A stretch of 20,000 nucleotides of DNA from NCBI GenBank assembly GCA_905331295.1, contig CAJNYD010000031.1:54471-74470 (forward strand), written 5' to 3'. A model generated the notes under the pieces. The model had not been told where the DNA came from. It saw nothing but the letters and a program-made list of their open reading frames with translations, and ran no database searches. The translations under genes were made by a program, and so were the position numbers. This document shows positions 9,681-20,000 of the stretch, one piece after another. Each line of letters begins with the position of its first letter. Position 1 is the stretch's first letter. This DNA is from Rotaria socialis. Its lineage: Eukaryota.

Positions 9681-11844
9681 ATGTCAGCGAACGATAGATT
9701 GACTCGAAGTTTGCCTCATTTACAAAATTTGATTAAACGAGATTCTGATGCATATCGAGAAGACGTAATTACATAAAATATTTAAGTTTTATTTGTAAAT
9801 TGAACATTTTTTCTTGAAAAATTAGTTCAAACTTCAATATCTTCATTTTGAAAGTCAATTTATGGAATTAACAGCTAAACCAGATACATGGAACAAATCA
9901 TTAGCTGAAAACATATCATTTGTTTCACAAGTCATTTTCTAGTTTCTGCCATTTTCGAATAATAATTTTATTTAACTTTAGGTCGCTCATTGTTATCCAG
10001 AAGAATGTAAAGGATTATCACAAATGTTTATTGATGTTCTTCGACTTTATTCAACTCTTCTCAATAATGATATTCGACTTGTAAATGAAACTTTTAATGA
10101 AACATCTTAATTCACGATTATCTTCTTCTTTTTTCTTTCTTTTTCAATTAATTTTAGGTAATTGTACGTGCACTTATTTTAATGCGTAATCGTGGCTTAA
10201 TTGATTGCATTCAATTATGTGAATTATTTTTTCTTCGTTTATTGCAATGTCAAGATCGTCTTTTACGTGTGACCATTCAAACACATATTATTAATGATAT
10301 TAAAAAACAAAATGAAAAACATAAAAATAATAAATTAAATAGCGTTCGTATTCTATTCTTCAATTATGTTTTTTTTTATTTATTTTCTTCTTTTTTTAAG
10401 ACATTACAAAACTTCATGTGTACCATTATTAAAGAAAGTAATGCAATCGCTGTTAAAATGGCATTGGTAAGATTCTTTATAATGCTTAAAAATACGTAAA
10501 GATTATAAAATAAACATTTTTTTAAATAAAAGTAAAAATCCTATCGATCGTACTTCTGAAACAAAAAAAACGGGATTGAAATAAAAACTCTAATAATGAG
10601 TCATGTGTCGTTCAGCAACAGATAACAATATATCATTGAATTTTTTCATTGTTATTATTATGATCGTAACTGTTATCTGACGGAAATAGGAAAATTTCAT
10701 CATAAATACGAGAGATTCAATTTATTTTGCGATAATTATAAAAAAGTGAAGTCAAGTTGTAGACTGAGTATCGAACATGAGACGAAATTTATCAGAGATA
10801 ACTACTGAATCTGTCTTATATCAATATCTAAATAATTTATAAACGAGATTAATTGAGATGAAACTAAACAAAGGAATCATTGAAAATTTTACAAGATATT
10901 TCTGTACAATACAAAACATAAAATGAATAATTGTTTAGGTTGAAAGATATTTACTTTTTTTTACACTTATGTTTGACTAGTCTTTAAAAAACTGAAGTAT
11001 AATAATCCTTCGATTGTTTCAACAGGTTTCATAGCGAAATCCTAATCAAGAAATTTTCACGGTCACTCCTGACGATTTCTAACAAATATCTTTTCAGTCT
11101 GCAGTTGAAAGTTTCCTAAGAAACGAATTATCAATAAACCGTAGTCGAATCTTTTAAGCTCACATTTTTTCTTATGTCGTTACCAATAACTATAAGACGA
11201 CAGTTAAACTTGAAATTTCTCTTTTAAATCAACCATTTAGCTAGTTTAAGTTTGCTTGAGCAAAATTTTCTATAGTGAAATGCTTTTCGAGTTGTTTTAT
11301 TATTCGTTTCAAAAAAAAAGAAAAAGAAATTAAGATAATTGATTTCATATCGAAACTCTTATTTTGGTCTATCTCTGTTGGTTTTTATGAAAGGTTTGCG
11401 AGAGAATTATATTCGGAATCTAAATATAATATCTTATGTTTCAAGCTGATTGAGATATTTATTAAATGTGAAATGTGCTAATATGTTTACGAATGACTCA
11501 TTACTAATTGATAGATAGTTAGAAAAGTGTTCAATAAAAAATATAATTTATTGAGATTTGTTCGATTTTCGTTCATTAATATATTTAAAATGAAATTTTT
11601 TATTTACTTGTATGAAATCTATTTGATTAGTACTTGAAAAACTTTGACATTTAAATTTGTACCAATGATTTGCTCATTTCTTCTAGGATATAATGGTTAG
11701 TCTATATCGAAAAAATATTTGGAATGATGCCAAAACAGCTAATATCATCGCTTCGACATGTTTTTCAAAAATCACAAAGGTTTGTTGATTTATTCACTTA
11801 AAATTTACCTTTTCATTCTTTGTTAGGTTCAAGTAGCAGCATTG
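9681..11844 (+). CDS. SDAD1: Protein SDA1 homolog (60S ribosome biogenesis), 5' part: exons 1-6 and start of exon 7
   Basis: Exons 9681-9764, 9826-9930, 9982-10080, 10158-10343, 10401-10466, 11687-11779 and 11827 to the gap are all GT-AG and phase 0. The translation [28 protein letters not shown]...VAHCYPE...[12 protein letters not shown]...[15 protein letters not shown]...[29 protein letters not shown] matches the SDA1 N-terminus ([28 protein letters not shown]). Confidence 0.95.
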
Positions 11845-11944
11845 NNNNNNNNNNNNNNNNNNNNNNNNNNNNNNNNNNNNNNNNNNNNNNNNNNNNNNNN
11901 NNNNNNNNNNNNNNNNNNNNNNNNNNNNNNNNNNNNNNNNNNNN
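11845..11944. other. Assembly gap (100 N)
   Basis: Run of exactly 100 N, a typical placeholder for a gap of unknown size. Confidence 0.99.
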
Positions 11945-12749
11945 CTTTGTACGATCAAATATATAAGGGCAATGCCTGAACGTTATTTATTCATTATTGG
12001 TTCGATAGGTAGTACAATTCACTTTGAATATGTACTTTTCCTAAAGCATTCGTTTTATTCAAACGACATCTAGCAACTCATTATTTCAATCGGATGTATA
12101 GAAAAAGTTTTCATTTGATATCGAGAAAACAGTGAAATATATTATATCTTTTTTCCATTGCTTTCCAAAAGCTGACACTTATTAAAAACATTTCGATATT
12201 TTCATATCTTTCTATTTTATTATTTTTAGATTTTCTTTCATTATTCACAAGTGTTGTTTTTTAATGGATGAAGGGAATTTTGATTCGTTCAAAAAATTAT
12301 GTTTGATAATGCTCTTGGTAATATAGGTAATATCTATACGCACTTTATATCTCTTTGAGTCACATACTATCTTTTTTAAAGTCATCACCACATACAGATA
12401 CACAACGTCGATGGCGTGCTAAGAAAAGAGATCAACATCATCGTACTCAGTTATCTCTACGTCGTTTAATAGTTGAACAAATTGTAAATAACTTATTTTA
12501 ATCGAGCTAGCTCAAAATAAAAAATTTTATACTGTTCTTTTTTTTTAGAATGAATCACATCAATATTCATCTGGCATTAACGAAAATTTTATGTTTCTTT
12601 TGTGTTAATAACTGAAACTGCTTTAATAGCATGTGAAATTAAAAGTATTTTTTTCTTTTTTTACGTTTTTTGTACATGTTGTGCAAAGTTTATAATAAAA
12701 TTATATGAAAAAGAGAGTAATAATAACCTACAAAAGGTTTTTTAATGTG

Positions 12750-13069
12750 ACCAGAATCAGACAAGAAACACAAGAAATAAGAAACAGACAAGAATCTAAG
12801 AAAAAAAGAATCAGGCAAGAGCATCAAGAAAAATAAGAATCAGAGAAGAATTCAAGAAAAGCAAGAATCAGGCAAGAAAGCAAGAATACAAGAATCTTGT
12901 CTGGAGAAGAAGTTCTTGCCTCACCAGCCAAGATTCGGTCTACACGAATCTTGTCAGAAAGGCAAGATCAGTTTTTTTCAGGCAAGAAACTTGTATAGAA
13001 GGAATGGAAAAAGAATCTTGTCTGAAAACCAAGAACCTGGAAAGAATAGGGCAAGATCGTCGACTAGTG
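12750..13069. mobile_element. CAAGAA-rich subterminal repeat array ending in TAGTG; possible right end of a CACTA/CMC-type element
   Basis: Units of about 27-28 bp (e.g. CAAGAATCAGGCAAGAAAGCAAGAATA) with a CAAGAA sub-period, and inverted TCTTG copies nearer the end. The array stops at GATCGTCGACTAGTG (13069), whose reverse complement starts CACTA. The repeat is certain, but the superfamily is inferred and no partner end was found. Confidence 0.5.
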
Positions 13070-13920
13070 AGCTCAATTAAATGTAGTTTGAACATCTTTA
13101 GCACCTCATAAACGTCAGTTATATCTTGTTCTAATGTTTCTCCTTGGCTATTATACGTGATCGCAATTGTATTCCTTTTTTCATCTGACTCTATTTTCTT
13201 TGTTCAGTCCAACTATTTCACTTATATCATATCATATGATTGTTATGGTTCTATGAGAACATCATTTATATTTTTTGTCATGTTGATTGCTATGAAATAG
13301 ATTGGTTTATTTTACTTTGTTGTCATTCATTAGCACTCATCTTCTTTCAGGTTGTTTCTTGATTTTCGTTTGAAAATCATGACGAATCCTAGTCTCAATT
13401 ATTCGCGCAATTTTCGTACACATATCGTTGAATAATTTGATCGAACACAGGAAGAATTTGTTGGCTTTAGTGTTGATGGTCATAAAGTGTAATATTATCT
13501 TCGATATAAAAGATTAAAAGAAACAGTCCTATGGGCTCTAATAATTCGTGTTGGAATTGATGTGAATTGTGCAAATTAACATGAGATAAATACAAAATTC
13601 AGCATGATATTTTCATAGTTTGTTTAGTTTTATTGAAAATACAATTGAAGTTTCTAAGAAAAATACGCAGAAGTTCCAATATTTTAGTTCTATACTTTTG
13701 AGACCTATATACAACTGCTAATAGTATCCCATATGGTTTTACATTAGATTTTGGTAAATATAATATACACTATATTAATAGGAAAGTTTTTTCTCAAACA
13801 CATCAATTATATCTACAGCAGAAATATTAACATCGAATCTCAATCGATCACAAAATAATATTGTTTAATGAGAAAACAATTTCATCGCGAACAATTGAGA
13901 ATGAAAATAGTGAAGGATTA

Positions 13921-14116
13921 ATATGTTATTCATTTGAAGGTATTTTTGTATAAAACTAAACCACAATAAGAATATTGGGTTTCTATTTCTTTGATACAGC
14001 TAATTCAATGAACTACAAATATGTTATTCATTTGAAGGTATTTTTGTATAAAACTAAACCACAATAAGAATATTGGGTTTCTATTTCTTTGATACAGCTA
14101 ATTCAATGAACTACAA
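13921..14116. repeat. Exact 98-bp tandem duplication
   Basis: 13921-14018 is identical to 14019-14116 (ATATGTTATTCATTTGAAGG...CAATGAACTACAA). Confidence 0.95.
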
Positions 14117-14419
14117 GCGATTATCAATGTGACGCTGATTTTGATCATGAATGAATGTACTTGTAAGATCCGAAAGTGCAAGTGTCGAAAAGTTTGACGA
14201 TGTCAAAGGTAAAATCGCTCTTGGAGGTAAATATCGCAAGCGTAAAATGTGCAATAAAAATGTCGAATGGGAAAACTATGGGTGTGGGCTTGAAACTTGA
14301 TGCAAGGCTTCTTTTTATGCACACTCAGACGGAAATATCATCGCTTCGACATGTTTTTCAAAAATCACAAAGGTTTGTTGATTTATTCACTTAAAATTTA
14401 CCTTTTCATTCTTTGTTAG

Positions 14420-16564
14420 GTTCAAGTAGCAGCATTGAACTTTTTTCTATGTAACAATCTAAATAAAGATAATGACAAAGACTCCGATTCAGATGATGTC
14501 AGTAAAAACGGAAGAAGAATTTCTTAATTGATTCATTGAAAACAATTCATTTTAGGATGAAAAATTAACAAAAAAAGACATCCTACTTGGTCATCGTGTT
14601 GGAAAAAAAACTTCAAAACGAAAGAAACAAACTGAACGAGCATTAAAAGCACTTGAAGTTAGTTATCTTTAATAGTTTATTGAAAAAACAAACTATGAAA
14701 ATCTTCATTTCTTTTTCATAGAAACAAAAAAAGAAAAAGAAAGTTGAAATATTCGATTATTCTGCTTTGCATCTTCTCTATGATGCACAAGGTAATAAAA
14801 AAAAGATCATTTAATAGAGAAAATATTTGTGTTCGTAGATTTTGCTGAACGTTTATTTCGTCAATTGGAATCATCAAATGAACGTTTTGAAGTAAAATTA
14901 CTTCATCAAGATTTTCTATCACGCTTAATTGGCCTTCATCAATTGCTTTTATTAAATTTTTATCCATATTTACAAAGATATCTTCAACCACATCAACGAC
15001 AAGTTACTAAAATACTTTTATATGTTGCACAAGCATCACACGAACTTGTTCCGCCTGATATTTTAGAAAGTATTTGTAAAACCATTGCAAATAATTTTAT
15101 TACAGAAAGAAATTCTGGTGAAGTTATGGCTGTTGGGTTTGTTTATTAAATAGAATAGAAAATCAAATGAAATTTCTTTTTATTTAGTTTAAATACAATT
15201 CGTGAAATTTGTTCAAAATCTTATTTAGCTATGGATCAAGATTTATTAATTGATCTTTCGAAATATAAATCGTATCGTGATAAATCTGTTTCAGCATCTG
15301 CTCGATCATTAATTCAATTATTTCGAGAAAAAAATCCACAACTTTTAGAAAGAAAAGATCGAGGAAAACCAACAGAATTTCAAAGAGATCTTGTTCCACT
15401 AGATTATGGACAATCGAAACCAAAATCTTATCTTGAAGGTGCTGAAATATTTCAACAAGATATAGATGATCAAGATAAACAATCAATTGATGAAGATGAT
15501 CAAGACGATGATCAACAAAGTGAAGAAGATTGGATTAATGTTTCAAATTCTGATGAAGATGATGAAGTCGATGATAATGATGAAGAACAAGAAAATGGCG
15601 ACAAAGTAATGAAATTTTTATTTAGAATTATTCCAACCCTATAAAAGATATTTTAATATAATCGTAATTCTCCCTGCGAATTGAAAGAAAAAGACATTCT
15701 TCATATCCGAGCTTTTCTTCTTCTTTGCTGAAATTACTGATTGTCTAAAATAATGAACAACTGTCATCTATAGTAGTAATCAATCTATATATAATAATTA
15801 TATTGAAGCTTCGAATCATGAAGATAATAATTGTGAATTCATTCTCTTTTAAAATAATAGATGGAAACAACAATGACAGAAGAAGAACGTCGTGAACGAG
15901 CAATAACAATAAGTAGTCAAAGAATTTTAACACAACAAGAATTTGAACAACTAAAAGTTCTTGAACTGAAAAGACGAATTCAAGATCGAAGACGAAATCG
16001 TCTAGAAGAATCAATGACAGATAGTCGAAAACGTAAAACAATTTCAATTGATACTGATTCAGATTCAGATGATGAAAATAAGAAAAATAATGCTGATCAA
16101 AAGTTAGTTACCAAATATGAATCTTTTTCATTTTATTTCTTTTATTTTTATTTCTAAATATTTAGCTCGGGATTAATAACATTAAGAGATATTGAACGAG
16201 TTCATAAAAAACGTGCTCATGATAAAGAATCTCGTTTAGAAACTGTTATTGTAAGTTGCTTACTTTTCATGTTTTTTATGAGAATTTAATTTAATTTTTT
16301 TATTCAAAAAGGCGGGTCGTGAAGGTCGAGCTAAATTTGGTAAATGGAAAAAAGAACAAGGTCACGCGGGTACAACAAATAAAGAAAAATTGAAAAATAA
16401 AAATTTTCAAATGCTCAAACCAAAATTAAGAAACAAACAAAAACGATCTTTCCGTGATAAACAGGTTTGATTCTATTAATATTTTATATTCAATTCTATT
16501 CTATTTTCACTTTTTCTAGATTGCACTTCGAGATGCTTTGTTAAAAGATAAACGTCTTCGATAA
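14420..16564 (+). CDS. SDAD1: Protein SDA1 homolog, 3' part: exons 7-15
   Basis: Exons 14420-14497, 14556-14657, 14722-14791, 14839-15136, 15188-15605, 15861-16102, 16166-16250, 16312-16464 and 16520-16564 are all GT-AG with consistent phases. SDA1 motifs include [96 protein letters not shown] and [17 protein letters not shown]. Joined with exons 1-6 it gives 2124 nt (707 aa plus TAA). Confidence 0.95.
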
Positions 16565-16587
16565 TTGTTTTTCAGTTGTTTTTTTCA

Positions 16588-16593
16588 AATAAA
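16588..16593 (+). promoter_or_regulatory. Candidate polyadenylation signal of SDA1
   Basis: AATAAA 24 nt after the stop codon. The AT-rich context makes chance occurrence possible. Confidence 0.5.
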
Positions 16594-17509
16594 AATATAA
16601 GAAATAATGGTTGAATATCTGGTCAATCTACAACAAAATTGTAGTATTAAATTAATCATTTTCGTTCATTCATAATGTCTCATATAAAATTATGAATTTT
16701 TTAAATAATTTGTATGAATTCATTATTTCATTTAGATTTCGAATTATTGATTGAATAGAAATTTTCCGTGTCAAAACAAAACTCAAGTTAATCTGACATG
16801 ATATTAGCGTAAAAGAATCTTAATTAGAAAATTTGAGCACTTCAATTAAATGCTTGAAATGAATTATCAGTTTAATGATTGATATTTTTATCTTTTTTAA
16901 TTAGATTAAGGAAAACCAAAAACAAAATGCAAATGCATTGTTTTTAGTATAATCTAAATCCATAGAACACTTTCATTTTTTCTTTTTGTGTTTTTAGCAA
17001 CTAGATTTGAAGACGTAGAAATTAATTTTATGTCATTTTTCTTATTGAAACACAATTCGACAATATAATCTTTCATCAGAACGTAAATGAGAGTAGAAAA
17101 ACATACAGCGAGCGTAGAATATGTTAGGTCAGAATTCGAGTATTTTCTGAATGGATGCGCTCTAAACAACTTTCCAAAAATCGCCATAGACTTTTCCAAG
17201 TAAATCTCAATGTGCTCCATCCATTGAAGACATTTTAATATCAATTTCAACCCTTCCCTCTCCAAAGTAGCGAATCCAACTGCAAAATACTTTCTCCCTA
17301 ACATATGTCCCATTTTGACTGCCAATAAATTTATCGAAATCATTATTCATGCAAGTAGAAGCGATTGAAGCTGAGTCTTAATTTTTCTCTATAGTCAATC
17401 AGCTTTCTCATCTTTCGATTCTCAAAGATTGACAAATATTAATGCAATATACATTTATTTTATTAATTGAAATTATTCGAGTGAGAATGACTTGTTAGAA
17501 AAAGAAATG

Positions 17510-17905
17510 ATTTCAAAAGTAATCGACTGTTCTCATATTCAACTGAAATTTTATCAATTACTTCTACATAATCAACAGCAATATCTGTCTTAAGGGGTAA
17601 GAATAATGAACCTCTGACGTGAGTCTAATATCTAACTTTCTATTAAGTATAGTTATTTTATGAAGTTTTATTTTGCTGAAAACACTTTCAATTGTCATAG
17701 ATGAAACAGAAATCATCATAGCATCAATAAGAAGAAATAGAATAGTAGGCAACTCATGTTGAGACAATAGCATTTGATCATATAAATCGAATACGTTTTC
17801 CTTTGTTTTGGTTACTTTAAGATACGTTTTATTAGTTGCATTTAGTTATTCAATAAGCTAGTATCACATTGTAAGATGATGCTAAGCTTTCAATTCTAGC
17901 GCTTC
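17510..17905 (-). pseudogene. Decayed hAT transposase C-terminus (hATC dimerisation domain, ZMYM1-like type)
   Basis: Frameshifted translation LQCDTSLLNN*MQLIKRILK / ENVFDLYDQMLLSQHELPTILFLLIDAMMISVSSMTIESVFSKIKLHKITILNRKLDIRL / IAVDYVEVIDKISVEYENSRLLLK. It fits the hAT consensus FP...L...TxPVSSxxxERxFSxMKLIKTxxRNxMxDxRL...IDxExxIDxF...R. Stops and frameshifts are present. Confidence 0.75.
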
Positions 17906-17928
17906 TAAAACGGTTCAATTATCATACA

Positions 17929-18090
17929 GAGGGCTGGCAAAGATCCAGAAAAGTCCACTTTACCTGCAATCCTATGCGAAGTCCCTCACTCTCAACATAA
18001 GTCCCGCCATATGATCTTACTGGTCGCGACACCTGTCCATGGGACGTTGGGCAGAAAAAGTGACATTTTCTCGGAACTTTGCCACTGCTG
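17929..18090. mobile_element. Degenerate palindromic MITE abutting the transposase remnant
   Basis: GGGCTGGCAAAGATCCAGAAAAGTCCACTTT at the left and AAAGTGACATTTTCTCGGAACTTTGCCACTGCTG at the right are imperfect reverse complements. GTCCC/GGGAC motifs occur internally. No TSD seen. Confidence 0.5.
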
Positions 18091-19879
18091 GAAAAAGCAT
18101 ATATACAACATGATCGACTTTATACACGATCTTCTCTTGAGGATAAGCATGTGGAATTTGACGTATACGTAATAGTTAAAAATAAAATTCAATTGGTGAG
18201 TATTTGAAACCTGAAATTTGAATTCAAGTTTCACGCTTGGTATTATTGTTATTTTCATTCACACGACAGATATCATTTAATGAATTTTTTCGAATTGAGA
18301 TGTGTCGAACTTGTCAGAATATGTCCTCGACATCTATTCTTCATAAATGTCATCGTTTTCATATGATAAATATTTTCAAGAAAATCAGAAAATTAATATA
18401 GAAAAACTTATTGCACTACTAATCAATACCAACAAAATAATGATTTTTTTCAACTAATGTTCATCTACATTAATAGAGAATACAAAAACAAGTTCTTGTC
18501 GTAAAAATCTGCACATTGGCTCATATAGCTACTATGCGAAGGTAAATCAATCGAAAATATGCAACAGGTTCAACGTTAAATACATGTGAAGCGAAGCCAA
18601 TTTCAATAGTGGTTAATATTTGGTGATAGGTATGTTCAGCTTGTTAATTTAACTCAAGTTAATAATTCAACAGCTGATGAACTTACATATTATCTACTTG
18701 TTTTATTATCATGATTATAAAGTTGATTGAACAAAAAGAAAAAGTATCGTTTTTTTGACCATTGTATAAGCACGTGATCTCTTTTTTATTTTCATTCCAA
18801 CGTGTTCTCCTCTACTTTATCCAATTTTTTCACTTTTCTATAATCGTTCTTATAGATCTATGAGGAATTTATTGAGTTTTTTGTTCTGTTTTTTTCGTTT
18901 CATGTTAATTATGATGATATTTGTTCTTAGCTTAAAGATAAGAGTGAAAATTTTCGCTATGGTTATGACTATCTATTGATGCGACGTAGAAAATGGTAGA
19001 GATCAGTGAAAATAGAGAATAACCGGAAGAAAAGAAGGATGATGTATTATCTCTTTCTCAATAATATTGTACAGGTATCACTATTATGATCATTCATAGC
19101 GTTTGTATTCAATGAATTATTGTGTTAAATAATTAATTTCTAACATTTTTATATTTATACTATTCAATCGATCGGTTCCATAACTGATGAAAAGATAAAG
19201 GTCTATTAAGATTATTTTATGTCTCATCGATTCTGCCGTTTACATATTCATTTCTGAATCTGTGAGAGGCGAGCAGCGTGTGCAGCCTTCTGCCAGTGTC
19301 GACTAGGTAGGCACAATATTTTACAACCCTTTGGTGTCTTCGCTACAATAAGAATACAAATCAATATCTGCTGCTTATTTTTACCTTGACCTTGATCCTC
19401 TCTACTTAAATATAATGATATACATTAAGAGCTGATCGACCTTTTTTTTTGTAAAAAGAAATTTCAGATATGATTACATGAAGATAACTGTTTAATTATC
19501 TGCATTGTCTAAAAGTACAGCTTTCTGTAAATAACACGGATATTGCATCGAAGATCAGTACGAGTGATAAAGTATCATTAATCAAAAATTGTTTCAAAAC
19601 TTTTGAGCATGTTTAAATATGTTCTATATAGTTATCATCATTTTATATTATATTATGTTTCCGCTTTTATAACAATGTACGAGCGCATTCACACAGCAAT
19701 ATAAAGTATTCTTGAAGTGATTCACACTCACAGTATAATAATATCATCTTGGCGCAAAATGTGACATGCGTTCTGTTATGTATATTATGATGGAAGATTT
19801 TACAATGTTACAGAAGCATGAAATCGCAATATATTCGAAGCATAAACAATTTTTGATGGTATAGCTGAAATATCCAATG

Positions 19880-20000
19880 CCCAGGTCAAACAATCAGACT
19901 GTAAGATCGTACATGATTCCTCAAGGTCGTATCGGAACTTACTTCATGATCTTATATGAACATACGAGATCGTACAAAAATCGTATAAGATCTTGTATGA
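19880..20000. repeat. GATCGTA/GATCTT motif array starting at CCCAG; possible transposon end running out of the window
   Basis: Repeated AAGATCGTAC, AAGGTCGTAT, ATGATCTTAT, GAGATCGTAC, AAAATCGTAT and AAGATCTTGT motifs at short spacing. Confidence 0.5.

Larger units (their letters stand above)
11741..14437 (+). repeat. Exact 104-bp direct repeat (11741-11844 and 14334-14437) covering SDA1 exon 6 end, intron 6 and exon 7 start
   Basis: AATATCATCGCTTCGAC...GTTCAAGTAGCAGCATTG is present twice and identical. The first copy runs directly into the N gap. Confidence 0.95.

Noticed and set aside
14176..14394. 72-aa ORF crossing the SDA1 breakpoint as a fusion gene
   Set aside because: It reads the SDA1 exon 6 remnant out of frame and runs into the intron, and it starts at GTG.
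14716..16047. Minus-strand ORFs 14716-14991, 15229-15486 and 15745-16047
   Set aside because: Antisense shadows of SDA1 exons.
16954..17343. 129-aa minus-strand ORF downstream of the hAT remnant
   Set aside because: No recognisable domain. Another frame has faint mariner-like words but in the wrong order, so it was left uncalled pending BLASTx.
17992..18258. 88-aa minus-strand ORF
   Set aside because: It runs across a MITE boundary and shows no transposase or other motif.

Overview
AT-rich eukaryotic (animal) genomic DNA with many short GT-AG introns of about 50-60 bp. The style suggests a bdelloid rotifer, but that is inference only. Two recognisable host genes lie on the + strand. One is a divergent, nearly intronless SPEF1/CLAMP-like gene (3742/3892-4608). 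The other is a 15-exon SDA1/SDAD1 gene (9681-16564, 707 aa when joined), which the assembly splits with a 100-N gap, 2.4 kb of unrelated DNA and a 104-bp exact duplication. Between them, on the - strand and missed by the ORF track, is a mosaic of intron-containing fragments of unrelated genes: a CWC22-like MI/MA3 domain joined to a DNAH10-like dynein AAA2 fragment, plus an unidentified remnant. The mosaic sits among non-autonomous hAT-like elements, three of them with 8-bp target-site duplications and one nested in another. A decayed hAT transposase C-terminus lies at about 17.5-17.9 kb, and there are probable CACTA/CMC-like element ends. A perfect 114-bp inverted repeat next to a single N is most likely an amplification or assembly chimera. 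I found no CRISPR array, rRNA, tRNA or prokaryotic system, and no convincing new biological system. The gene-fragment mosaic is the best lead. Protein assignments rest on manual translation and remembered family motifs, not on database searches.
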